From Phyllobates terribilis (lineage: Eukaryota), in assembly GCF_046119375.1 (NCBI RefSeq), contig NW_027362762.1, positions 654,038,001 to 654,102,000 of the forward strand: 64,000 nucleotides of DNA. Reading direction: 5' to 3'. Positions 39,810 to 52,129 of this stretch are shown in pieces. Each line of letters starts with the position of its first letter. Position 1 is the first letter of the stretch. The notes under the pieces were generated by a model, which saw nothing but the letters and a program-made list of their open reading frames with translations, had not been told where the DNA came from and did not search any database. Both the position numbers and the translations under genes were made by a program.

Positions 39810-42800
39810 ATGAGTGGAAAAAGGCCTGCTGCTGGTGGAAAGGGGAATAGGCGTGTTGGGAAGAGGAAAAAAGGTTGTGTCCGTGGGGTAGGTGTTAAAG
39901 CAACAGTAACATCTGCAGAAGAAAGACCATCTTCCAGCCGAACTAAAATGTCTACTCCTTTTAGCGGACAATGTGATAAGATCCCTTTCTTACGGCCACG
40001 CCAATCGCTACAAATTCCAGATGAGGCACAAAAACAGCAGGTGCTTCAACGGATATCAAGTGCTCCTTTAAGTGGGCTCTCCTCCACATCAACTTCAACA
40101 TCACAAATACTCCAGTCCTCAAAGGTGTCACCCCAATCGCACTTGCTTCCTCACAGCTCCCAAATCTCCAGCTGCCCGTCTGAGTATGAGGTAGAACAGA
40201 TGGTTGAGTCTGCAGAGCTGTTTACTCATACTATAGCCTGGGAATCAGAGGTCGACTCCAGCGCTTCTGTGAATCCAGACGAGGAAATGATCTGCACTGA
40301 TGCCCAGAATCTTTATGAGTCGGATCCAGGACCAAACGCAGAAGGTTCTGACCATAATGTAGACCCTCATTCCCAAACTGTAACTCCTGTTGGTGGAGAC
40401 AATGAGGAAGACGATGATAAGACTCAAATACCTGATAGGAGCGACAACTTTAGTTTTTTGTCAGGGCAGGAACAGGTTGGCTCTGAGGACGACGGGTGTG
40501 ATAACGCACAGGGTGATGATGATGAGGTTGGAGATCCCACTTACTGTCAACCCACAGTCAGCCAAGAGATGAGGTCAGCAGAGGAGGTGGCGGAAGATGC
40601 TAGTGACGACGAGGTCAGGTTGCACCTTCCTGGACAGAGACGTAGTACTGGAAGCACGTCAACAACTGCATCCTAAAACACAACTCTGCCTCTCACCACA
40701 AGTCGTGGTGGCTCTTCAGGTCGCATGGGTGCTAAGCCTTGCATAGCCTGGGCATTTTTTCAGATCGATAAAGATGACCCAACTCGTGTTATCTGTAACA
40801 TTTGTCAGCAAAAGCTAAGTAGAGGCCAAAAAATACATAGTTTGAGTACTTCATGCATGAACCGGCACATGGACATGAAGCATAAGTTGCAGTGGGAAGC
40901 TCAGTGTGCTACAATGCGGCCTAGCCGGCCGGGCCAACCACCGTCTGCCATATCTTGAGCATCCGCGGCCTCTTCATCCTCTGTGACTGGGGGGACAGCA
41001 GTCACACCTGTTTTGGGGCGCAGACCTGCCACCTCTTTACCCGCAACAGCCAGCGTGATTGGCAGGTCATCATTTTCTTTGGAGGTGGTAACATAAGCTG
41101 GTGTTGAGCGCTGTCCGACATCGATAGCACCACCCTTGGATCAAGGCAACCTAACATGTCCGCCTGCATCTTCCTCACAGACCGGCAGTTTGCCGGGGAC
41201 ACCCTTATCAACCCCGTCTAAGCACAATAGCCAGCCCTCGGTCCCTCAGATGTGGACAAGTAAAAGACCATTTCCTCCTAGCCATGAGAAAGCTAAGAGG
41301 TTGAATTTCACCATCTGCAAGTTCTTGGCTACAGAAATGCTGCCTTTCCGCCTGGTGGACACAGAGGATTTTCGAGACCTTATGTCCGTCGCAGTGCCCC
41401 AGTACCAGATGCCCAGTCGGCACTACTTCTCAAAGAAAGGTGTGCCTGCGCTCCACCAGCATGTCGCACACAACATCACCGCTTCTTTGAGAAACTCTGT
41501 GTGTGACAGGGTGCATTTCACCACAGACACTTGGACGAGTAGGCATGGACAGGGGCGTTACATGTCGCTGACTGGGCACTGGGTAACTATGGTGACAGCA
41601 GGACAAGGGGCTGCTGTCCAAGTCTTGCCGTCCCCACGAGTTGTGCGTCAATCCTCTTTATGTCAAAGTTCCTCCACTGCTTCTGCCTCCTCAACCTCCT
41701 CTCGGTCTTCCACCTGCACCCAAAGCCTGTCTGGTCATGCCACAAGCTTTCTAACTGCGCAGAAGGGATCCTGCACACCTCCTTACTATGCTGGCACTAG
41801 GGCTCAACGTCATCAGGCGGTTTTTACATTGAAATGTCTGGGAAATGTGAGTCACACAGCTGAGGAGTTGTGGTCAGCTCTGGAGAACCAATTTCATGAA
41901 TGGTTGTCTCCACTGGACCTGAAACCAGGGAAGGCCGTGTGCGACAATGCTGCAAACCTGGGTGCGGCCCTTCGCCGGGGCAATGTCACACACGTGCCTT
42001 GTATGGCTCACGTGTTGAACCTGGTTGTCCAGCAATTTTTAGCCCACTATCCCAGACTAGATGGCCTTCTGCAGAGGGCACGGTCGCTGTGTGCTCACTT
42101 TCGCCGTTCGCATCCCGCAGCTCAGCGACTTACATCTCTACAGAAGTCGTTGGGCCTGCCACTTCACCTGCTAAAATGCGATGTGCCTACCCGGTGAAAT
42201 TCAACTCTGCACATGTTGCAGCAAACTGTGGCAGCACCGACAAGCCCTGGTGCAATATGTTCTGACGTATAGCCTGGGCCAACGAGATCCAGAGGTGGGG
42301 CAAATCACGCTGGAGGAGTGGTCTCAGATCAGGGACCTATGCACCCTTCTGCACAGTTTTGAAATGGCGACGAAGATGTTTAGTGCTGACGATGCCATTA
42401 TCAGCCTGACTATTCCGGTGATTTACATGCTGGAGCACATGTTAAACAGAATTCGGAGTCAGGTGGTGGCACAAGAGGAGGTGGAGGAAGTAGAGGAGGA
42501 GGAGTTGTATGCGGAAGGGCTAACATCTGCAAGGTCCAGACGGTCGGCAGCACCAAGGCGGCAGGCATGTGAGGGTGGGGGAGATGGTTTTACCAGGGCG
42601 CATGGTAGCAGCCAAACTAGTGAGGAAGGTGCAGGAGCCCAGGAAGAAGTGGAGGACGAACTGATGGAAGACTCATCAGATGAGGGAGACCTTGATCACA
42701 TTTCTGTTGTGCGAGGTTGGGGGGAGAGGACAGAGGAAGGAAGCATGATTGTTACCTCGCCACCAACACAACAGGGACTTGGTGCTCCTGGATGCGCAAC

Positions 42801-43512
42801 ACACATGAGTGCCTTCTTGCTGCACTACCTGCAACATGACCCTCGAATTGTGAGAATTAGAAATAATCCTGACTACTGGGTTGCCACACTGTTAGATCCC
42901 CGGTACAAAAGTAAATTTGCAGAAATTATTCCTGCCATAGAAAGGGATGCACACATGCAGGAGTATCAGCAGAGACTGTTGCAGAATCTTACATGTGCTT
43001 TTCCACAAAATACCAGTGGTGCACGTAGTGAATCTCACAGTTCCAACTTGCCAACCGTGGGACCGTCAAGTGTTCAGCACTCAAACCGTAACAGAACCAC
43101 AGTATCTGCTGGTAACATCAATTTTGCGGAATCATTTCACCACTTTTTTAGCCCATCCTTTGCAAGGCCACAGGAGACAAGAAGTCTGACACATAGTCAA
43201 CGCCTAGAGACGATGGTACAGGAGTATCTCCAAGTAAACATTGAAGCCACGACTGTGTCACTGGACCCTTGCTCTTTTTGGGCTTCCAATCTGGATAAAT
43301 GGCCGGAGCTAGCCACTTACGCCTTGGAGATCTTGTCATGCCCCGCAGCCAGCGTTCTGTCTGAACGTGTGTTCAGCGCTGCTGGTGGTGTGCTGACAGA
43401 TAAGCGCACGCGGCTCTCCACTGATAATGTAGACAGACTCACGTTCATAAAGATGAACAAATCATGGATCCGAAACGACTTTTCTACCCCTGTGTCATCC
43501 TGGGGAGAGTAA
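39810..43512 (+). pseudogene. hAT transposase (BED finger, DDE core, dimerisation domain), about 1230 codons, disrupted by stops and frameshifts
   Basis: BED: AWAFF...CNICQQKLSRG...MNRHMDMKH. Core: HFTTDTWTS, CDNAANL, HVPCMAHVLNLVVQ, CDVPTR. C-terminus: LSCPAASVLSERVFSAAGGVLTDKRTRLSTDNVDRLTFIKMN. Confidence 0.93.
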
Positions 43513-43554
43513 AAGCTTGATGATTGGTTAAAATCACCCTACCAACCGTTTTAA

Positions 43555-43820
43555 GCTTTCAAATTACTAATCATGTTTATCTGTATCTTGGCTAGAAAAT
43601 AATTTGGGCTTTGTAGCAGTGTGCAGCACTGATTCTATTAGGCCATCTATAATAAGCTCCACCAGATTTAAAATTACTAATCATGTTTATCTGTATCTTG
43701 ACTGGAAAATAATTTGGGCTTTGTAGCAGTGTGCAGCACTGATCCTATTAGGCCATCTATACTAAAGCTTCACCAGATTTAAAATTAATAATAATTTTTA
43801 GCTGCATCTAGCCCGGAAAA
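43555..43820 (+). repeat. About 110-bp repeat x2.5, related to the 5' satellite, downstream of the transposase
   Basis: AAATTA(C/A)TA recurs at 43561, 43671 and 43782. The CTATTAGGCCATCTATA...CCACCAGATT core resembles the 5' satellite unit. Confidence 0.8.
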
Positions 43821-43949
43821 TAATTTTGGGGCTCCGAGATGCGCAAGACACATAAGTGCCTTCTTGCTGCACTACCTGCAGCATGACCCTCATTTTGTCA
43901 GAATTCGAAGTAATCATGACTACTGGGTTGCCACACTCTTAGATCCCCC

Positions 43950-45321
43950 AAACTTTTCGATCAACCTTTTCATTTTAATAAAGACCAAAAAAATGGTCAT
44001 TTTTGAAATTATAAGCATTAGCAGGTTGTTAGAAACTGAAATCAAACAGTTTTCAACTCAAAACTTTATTCTAGGTGATGTTACATTTTCACATAGGACC
44101 CCTTGTTCGAAAGGAGCTTCTGAACTCTCTCGTCCATTGAATTTGTCAGGTTTGGATGGTTTCTGCTTCAATTGTTTTGCATGAGGACAGAATACCCTCC
44201 CAGAGCTGTTGCTTAGATGTGAACTGCCTCCCGCCATCATAGACACTCCTTTTAATGATGCTCCAAAGGTTCTGAATGGGGTAGAGGTCAGGGGAGCATG
44301 GGGGTCACACCATAAGTTTGTCCCCTTTTATGCCCATATCAGCCAGAGATGCAGATGTTTTATGTGCAGCATGAGATGATGCATTATCATGCAGAAGAAT
44401 GATCTTGCTGTGAAATACACGGTTCTTCTTCTTGAACCATGGCAGGAAGTGCTGTTTGAGAAAATCCACATACATTATGGAGTTCATCTTTAGCGCCTTC
44501 AGGGATCCTAAAGGGGCCGACAATCTCTCTCCCCATGATTCCAGCCCAAAACATTACTCCACCTCCTCCTTGTTGGCGCTGTAGCCGTGTTTGCGTGGGG
44601 TGTCCATCAACCAGCCATCCTCCACTCCATCCATCTGGACCATCGAGCGCTGCACGGCACTCATCCGTGAACAAAACAGTTTTGAAATCAGTCTTCATGT
44701 AATGTTTGGCCCACTGGAGCCGTTTCTGCTTGTGTGAAGTGGATAGAGGAGGTCGACAGGATGGCGTATGCACAGCTGCAAACCTCTGAAGGACCCTGCA
44801 TCTTGTTGTTCGGGGGACGTTGGAGGCACCAGCAGCTTCAAAAACTTGTCTGCTTCTATGACAAGGCTTTTTTGCCGCTGCTCTTTCAACCTGACGTAAT
44901 TGCCTGTAGGAAAGAGTCCTCAATTTGCCCTTATCAGCACGCACACGTGTGTACTGTGAATCAGCTACATACTTCTTGATTGCCAAGACACTTCATCCTG
45001 ATCATCGCACAATGTTGATTGTAGTCATGCCTTGACCTAAACACTCCACAATTTGTTGCTTCTCAGCAGCCGACACATCCTTTTTCTTTCCCATTTTGGC
45101 AGAAAATGTAGGCTGCTTAATAATGTGAGACAGCCTTCTTAAGTAGTCTTGCCTTTCATTGGACACACCTGCCAAACTAATTAGCACAGGTGTCAGCAAT
45201 TGCTTACAGTGATATAAAGAGCCCTGACACACATCACCATCAATGAGTTTAACTGACAAACAAACAAATTCTTCCCTTATCACTCCTAAACACTTTTTGC
45301 ATAATAATTTGGAACACAGTG
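43950..45321 (-). mobile_element. Tc1-like transposon with DD37E spacing (TRT-like), 3' TIR lost
   Basis: 5' terminus TA+CACTGTGTTCCAAATTATTATG. ATG at 45094 (MGKKKDVSAAEKQQ). FTDE...HDNASSH, then 37 residues to the third catalytic position (now Gln). Confidence 0.8.
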
Positions 45322-45390
45322 TACATGTGCTTTTCCACAAAACACCAGTGGTTCACGTAGTGAATCTTACAGTTCTAACTTGCCAACCGT

Positions 45391-47215
45391 TGTCTGTATG
45401 GAGTTGTTCAATAAAGGGCCCAAAATTAAGATAACATAGATGGGAGAGGTCTCTATGAATAGGAATTCCTAAGTATTTGATACCCTGTGAGGGCCAGGCA
45501 AAGGGAAAGTTGGACTGGATGGAATCCTATATGGATTTGGGGAGGGAGACATCGAGGGCCTCAGACTTCGCTGCATTGATTTTAAATTTTGACCATGTAA
45601 CAAAGTGATCTATTTCAGCCATAACAGCATGGATGGATATATGTCATTGAGTGATATATACTAGGACATCATCAGCAAATAGAGAGCACTTGTACTCGGT
45701 GCCTCCCACCTCAATCCACCTAATATTGGGGTTATGGCGAATTGATGAGAGCAGGTGCTCCGTCACTAGGATGTATAAGAGAGGGGACAGAGAACATCCC
45801 TGCCTTGTCCCATTGGTGATTGTGAAGGGTGATGAAAATGTTCTGACGCGCCCCCTGGGCCTTGGGACACCCGGAGCCGGACCCTTTTTGGTGGATGCTG
45901 GTGGTTGTAGTCTCCGTGGCGGCAACCCGGTTCCGTGGCTCAGGGCGGTCAAACCAGTGGCGGAACTATTTATGTGGTTTTGATGTTTAAATGTCCGACT
46001 ACGCCACCCGTGGATTGCGGTCAGAGTGAACCGCCGCTCCAGGGTAGACCGCTGAGGCTGGTGTTGTGGGTGCAGCAGAGCGTAGCATAACTCCCCACGG
46101 GAGGAGTATAGCCTCAGGGCAGTGTATGCGGAGGATGGGGGTGATGGTGCAGGGCAGCAGCAGTAATGACACGGAGTCAGTGATGCAGTCCAGGGCCTTT
46201 ACTCACAGTTCTTATTATCCAGACCACGTCTGCAGGTAACGGCTGCCCACGTCGTACTGTGCTCACCAGGTGAGGGGCTCAGACAACTCCCAGATAACTT
46301 TGGAGTGCTTCACAGGACCCCCTTTGTGTGTCCTTTGTCTGGCCTTTCTTACCAACCCTTCTGTCCGGCTGCCTCGGGCCTCCTCTTGGTAAACTTGGCG
46401 CCAGTTTCCCTGACCCTATGTGGTGCCTTCCTAGCGGGTGTAGCAAGGGGCTGCGCCACATAAAATGTCACAGCCTCCTGTTTCTAGCTGAGGGTCGTTT
46501 CCTGCCTCCACTAGTTTCGGGGACCGGTCTCCCCCTTTGGCCTGACCCCTCCACGCAGGTGGATTCGGGCGTGCGGTGGCGACTCGCCCGTCCGCACCCC
46601 TGAGATCCCTTCGTTCCTCATTCCTGGAGCCTTCTCCGCTCCTCTTCCTTCCTTCTCCCTCTTCCAGGCCTGGGCCTCTGTTACTAGGCCCGCCTCCGGA
46701 GCAGAGCTCATGCAGAGCCCCTGCTCCCTGCCACTTCTGCTCAGACTTCTCTGCACTGAACTAAGATGGTGCCTACCTTTTATACTCCCTTCTCAATGCA
46801 CCCAGGAACTGCTTCATCCCTGCTCCTGCACTACAGGGTTCCCCTTCCTTAGTGTTCCCTCCCCCCATTCCAGCCAGGGACAGGGACTGTCGTGCCCATC
46901 TCAGGGGCATATTGGTCGCCCTGCCCCACGGCAATGTGGTGTAATGCATGCAGGTGTCGGGTCCTGATCCACACTACATCCTTACCTGAGAGTGAGATAT
47001 CACACCTCTGGGTGAGGTGCAATACCTCTGTAGCAACCGAGCCCTCAGGGTGCACAGTTCCATGTATCTTCAGCCTAGGTGACGTATTGCGATACAGCGC
47101 CGTGATTTTGGCTATAAAAGGGTCCCCTAGACCCCTACCCCAAGCTTTTTAAGAGAATCATATATGGCGTGCCAGGAGACTCTATGGAATGCTTTCTCAG
47201 TATCCAACGAGAGTA
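45391..47215 (-). mobile_element. L1/Tx1-type RT fragment split by a solo LTR (native 45391-45843 and 47057-47215)
   Basis: EKAFHRVSW...KIHGT|FSSPFTITNGTRQGCSLSPLLYIL...SLFADDVLVYI. Confidence 0.8.
45844..47056 (-). mobile_element. Solo LTR (family B, 1213 bp)
   Basis: TGACGCGCCCC...GGGTGCACA with a 4-bp TSD GTTC. Clearly related to 35230-36521. Confidence 0.9.
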
Positions 47216-50200
47216 TCTAATTACAAATTTTTAACTGCATCTAGCCCAGGAAATACTTTGTGCCTAGTAGCAATGTCTGCTAGTCAGCGGATTATCCCGG
47301 CTGTTAAGCAAGCTACACCACCTGTAGTTTGGACACTTAATTTTTTCAAAGGAAATGCTTCGGGACCACGGGATACTCAGTGAAGAGCATCAGGAGGCAC
47401 CCCAAGGCATAGGGGCTGGGACTGGCAGTAGGATGCCTTGCGGTGGACAGCCGAGCTCGATCCTTATAAAAGCTTTTTAACTGCAGCAGCTTTAGTGGAC
47501 GCTACTGGAGCTGGAATTACGCGGCTGCTGGCATGAGACTTGCCCTCCAATAGATCCTTGTAAATGGATTTAAAGTGTATTCATTCAAATTAGAGAGACA
47601 ATTTAAATTAAAAAGCTTAGAGCTGCCTCCACCACAGGGGGGCTCGCTCGACCCACCAGCAGACAGGCACCAGTATTGGGAGAGGGGGGCTGGCCGTCAG
47701 GGTTCACCGCGGCTCTGGCACAAACCCGGCGACACGGAGGTGGCACGGGCAGGAGCGGACTGAACGTGTCGGCTTCTCACTTTTTGGATTTTAGAAGGGC
47801 ATGACATGCCTATATCTGTGTCTCCCCCTCCTTTTACTCCTCCACCTCTTTTCTTTTCGCATGACTATATGTACTTGTCACTTTTCCATGTGTTAGTTGT
47901 GTCTTCTGAGCAGTTTGTCAGCTTTTGGACACCTTTGAAGGTGTTTTCTATGTGTTTCTATGTGTTTTTGTTTGCCTGCCATTGGTTTTAACGGTGTTCG
48001 AAGGTGTTCGACGAACAGTTCGACGAACAGTTCGGCGAACACACGGGTGTTCGACGAACCGAACCGAACTCGAACACTACGGGGGTGGCTCAACACTACT
48101 TACCAATCAAAGGTCTCAAGATGTCATTAACAAGGTTCTGAAAAAATGCAGGTGCATTGGTAAGACCAAAAGGCAACATCAGATTCTCAAAATGACCTAC
48201 CGGAGTGTTAGCAGCAGTTTTCCATTCATCACCCACCTTCACTCGTAACAAATTGTATGCCCCCCGGAGATAAATCTTAGAGAACCACTTGGCCCCCACT
48301 AACTGGTTAAACAAGTCAAGAATTAACGGCAATGGGTAGGAATTGCGTACAGTAATTTTATTAATTTCACGAAAATCCAGACATGGATGTAAACCCCCGT
48401 CCTTTTTTTTAACAAAAAAAAATCCAACTGCCACAGGCGACTTAGAAGGTCTAATGTGACCAGCAGCCAGGCCAGTCTGTATGTACTCCTCCAAGGCCTC
48501 TCTTTCAGGGATAGTCAGATTAAACAAGTGACTCTTGGGAAGAGTAGCTCCTGGAACAAACTCAATGGCGCAATCATAATCCCTATGAGGAGGTAAAACT
48601 TGCGACTCCTCCTCTGAAAAAACCCTCCAAAAATCTTGAATAGGTACAGGTAATTCCCCTTTTTCCACAGCTGCAATGCGACCATTACAACATTTATCAT
48701 AGCACTTTGGACTCCAAGACTTTATCATATTAGTAGACCAGTCCAGCAAAGGATTGTGCAGTTTTAACCAAGGCAATCCTAGAACGACTGGAGAGGGTAA
48801 ATTATTTAATACAACCAAGTCCAAAATTTCTTGGTGAAGTCCATTGATAGTGAGGGGAAATGCAGCAACCTTGTGAGTAATACATTTCAAGGGAGTGTTA
48901 TCAATTGCAATCACAGAAATAGGTGATGACAAAGGTTTGGATTTCAATTTAAGTTTTTCCAAAAACCCTTTATCAATCACATTAAGTGTTGAACCACAAT
49001 CCACAAATACCTGAAATTCAATCAAATTTTCCTGCAAAGTAGTACTCTATGAAAGAAATACTCCTGCAGAGCATAAACAAGCTATACAGGCGTACCTGAC
49101 CTTTTTTTTTCTTTACTTAAATGAAGCTCACAAAACTTAATCAAATGGTCAGCTTAACATCAATAAAGACACAATCCCTCGGCGAACCTCCGGTCTCTTT
49201 CCTGAGAGCAGAGCGACATCGCCCCAAACTCCATCGGCATTCCGCCGTCTGAGCAGATTTTCTGGGGACTAGGACCTGGCATTACAGGAGTCTTTACCTC
49301 ATTCTGCCTAGATCTCAGCCTCCTATCCACACGAACAGCTAATTGCATGGCGTCCTGCAGAGTCTCAGGTGCGGGGAATGCAATTAGCAAATCCTTAACC
49401 TTTTCACTCAGACCAGCGAGAAATAGACATTTCAGAGCAGGATCACTCCATTTGACTTCTGAAGCCCATCTTCTGAAGTGTGTCCAATAATTTTCAACAT
49501 CACCTGACCCTGATTCAAACGCCTGAGTTCTGCCTCAGCAGATGAGATTCGATCAGGATCATCATATAATAGACCCATAGCAGAAAAAAATTCTTCTACC
49601 CACCTTAAGCATGGATCATTAGGTTTGAGAGAAAAGGCCCACCCTTGTGGTTCATTGCGCAAAAGTGACATAATAAAACCAATGCGCTGTGATTAATTCC
49701 CAGAGGACCTTGGTCTCAAACAAAAATGTAACAAACAAGCATCTTTAAAGGAAAAAAATCTTGCTGTTTACCATAAAAAACATCAGGCAGTCCTACCTTG
49801 GGTTCCACAAAATGCGCTCCAGAACAGCTACTCACGTGTTGCTGGAGCTCGGCCACCTCCAGAGACAATCCCTGCAAATGTTGAGCCAAATCCTGAACGG
49901 AAGCCATACTGATTCCCGAATTTCTTTCCTTTTAGTTTTTTTTGGGCTGGACTTACTGTTATGATCTGCAACAAGTACTAAGGAAAGAAAGGGGAAAGCT
50001 ATCCCTACAGTAAGACTAAGCTGAATCCCTGTAGCGGGCTGCCTGTTCCTTGCGAACAGACCCACCTTAGTCCTTGGCTAGTCTGAACGAAGACCTATAG
50101 CATAAAGGAAGGGGTCCCTAAAAGAACTTAGGACTGGAACAAAAATAGGACACCTCCTGAACAAAGAAGGTTGTTGCAGAACACAAAAAGATAAACTGAC

Positions 50201-50766
50201 AAAAAGGTACTAGAGGTCCCAGAAGGACCAAGTAAACTGACAGAGATAGGCACAGAAGCACCTGGCTAGCAAAACAGTCAAGCAACACTGAAGTCCAGCA
50301 CAGCCAAAAGGGCGGAGCTTGAATATATATCCAGATGGTCATGTGACTGCAAAACACAAGATGGAAAAAACAAACAGGAGGGTTCTATCAGCCGCTCTGC
50401 AACCCTGGACTCTTGTCGAAGCTGTTTAGTGAGGTTGTTGTGCCAGGGTTGCCTGTTAACTCATCGTGCTCTGCCATGCACAAGAGGGGCGACCGAGTCA
50501 ATAGCTGAAGCAAGAGTGGCATTGTAGAAAGCGGTGGCGCTGTCTGTGTCATGGAGTGAGGATATGGATGTCAGTGGTAGAACAGAGTCAGAGAGTGTGT
50601 GAGTGTCTAGTTGTGCAAGGTTTCTGCGGGGGTGTGCTAGTTGCCGGACATGGGTGACAGGTGAGGAGGACAGGGATGAGAATGTGAGTAGATGGTGGTC
50701 AGATAGGGGTAGGGAGGGGGGAGGTTGTGAGGTTAGATAGTGAGCAGAGTCGGGTGAAGATCATTT

Positions 50767-51726
50767 CTAGTGTGTGTCCATATGTGTGGGTGGCTGAGGA
50801 GGACCACTGAGTAAGTCCAAAGATGAAGTAAGCGACAAGAGTTTGGATACTGCTGACTGGCGAGTGTCAGTGGGGATGTTGAAATCGGCCATGATGATTG
50901 TGGGAATGTCAGCAGAGAGAAAGTAAAGAAGCCAGGAGGAGAATTGGTCAATAAAGGCAGTGATCGGGCCCGGAGGTCGGTATATGACAGCCACTTGGAG
51001 GTTGGAGGGAGAGTAAATGCGGACAGAGTGGACTTCAAAAGATGGGAGAATAAGGGAGGGAAGAGGAGGAGTAGGGCTAAAGGTGCAGTTGTTAGAGAGG
51101 AGAAGACCCACTCCTCCACCATGTCTGTTACCAGGGCGAGGAGCGTGGGTGAATTGGACGCCGCCGTAACACAGCGCAGCAGGGGAGGCAGTGTCAGAGG
51201 GTGTCAGCCATGTCTCTGTGATGCCCAGGAAGGAGAGAGGACGAGAGGTAAAGAGGTCGTGGACAAAATGGAGCTTGTTGCAGATGGAGTGTGCATTCCA
51301 GAGTGCTCCAGAGAGAGGGAGCAACGGGGTGGGCATCAGGAGGACCGGTTTTGTGTAAGAGAGGTTGTGGTAGTTTTCAGTTGGTTTGATGCGATAGGTG
51401 GGGGAATTGGTGGAAGGTGCAAGCTGTGGGGGATTGGGAGATATGTCGCCAGCAGTGAGGAGAAGCAGAGAGAGGGAGAGCAGGTGGGAGAAGGAGAGTG
51501 TCCGGCTTGTTTTATATTTTGGTAGGATCGATCTGAGGCTGAGGAGCAGGTCTGTAGATGAGGTTAGGTGGGGAGGTAGGAGGGAAGGAGAGATGATGAT
51601 TTGGTTAGAGGGTGCTGGGGTTTGGGGATAGCAAAGGAGAGTGAGGATTAGTGGGGCAAAAACAGTAAGGGCATATGTAAGCATAATGAATGTTAAGTGT
51701 GAATAAGTAAGAGAATCTAAGTACAA
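50767..51726 (-). CDS. L2 ORF N-terminus: hydrophobic leader, decayed 2A-like peptide and APE endonuclease (frameshifts beyond 50767)
   Basis: LLSLSLLLLTAGDISPNP-PQ precedes ALWNAHSICNK...ITETWL...GGGVGLLL...IYRPPG...ADFNIP. Confidence 0.8.
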   Translation of the reverse strand: MYLDSLTYSHLTFIMLTYALTVFAPLILTLLCYPQTPAPSNQIIISPSLLPPHLTSSTDLLLSLRSILPKYKTSRTLSFSHLLSLSLLLLTAGDISPNPPQLAPSTNSPTYRIKPTENYHNLSYTKPVLLMPTPLLPLSGALWNAHSICNKLHFVHDLFTSRPLSFLGITETWLTPSDTASPAALCYGGVQFTHAPRPGNRHGGGVGLLLSNNCTFSPTPPLPSLILPSFEVHSVRIYSPSNLQVAVIYRPPGPITAFIDQFSSWLLYFLSADIPTIIMADFNIPTDTRQSAVSKLLSLTSSLDLLSGPPQPPTHMDTH

Positions 51727-52129
51727 ATAGTAGATAGTTATCCATACCTTCTGGTCACTTCTGGCCCATTTCTGGCATATTTCATTTTTAGCCCCTTAAA
51801 AAGCAACCCTTTAAAAGCCAGACCCATCTGTGCCAGACTTGGCTCCCTTGATTTATGGAGCTCTGGCCAGCACATTAGGTGGGTCAGGTGTGCAGGAGGG
51901 GAGGAGTCGCATGGACACTGCTCACAAAAGCATGGGTGGAGGGGGGGGGTTGTAATTAGGACACAGAGGCTAAATGAATTCAGGAAACAGACAGCTAGGG
52001 ACCAGTGTGTATTGGGATCAAAAGATTGAGGTGAGGAACATGCAGATTGGACCGAACATACCAAGGACAGATAGAATGAAATTAGCAGGGATCAGTGGAT
52101 ACACAGCAGATAATGGACACAGGGAACAT

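Larger units (their letters stand above)
37408..48098 (+). mobile_element. Large hAT DNA transposon (10.7 kb) inserted in G2 RT
   Basis: Perfect 8-bp TSD CTTACCAA (37400-37407 and 48099-48106). Imperfect 11-bp TIR TAGAGATGAGC / GCTCAACACTA. Subterminal GTTCG/CGAAC motif clusters at both ends. Confidence 0.96.
33422..50390 (-). mobile_element. Ty3/gypsy chromovirus G2, a relative of G1, expanded by nested insertions
   Basis: LTRs at 33422-33860 and 49957-50390, about 20 substitutions plus one indel by eye. 5-bp TSD GCCGC. The gag-pol pieces are 48107-49907, 36522-37407 and 33873-35229. Confidence 0.95.
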
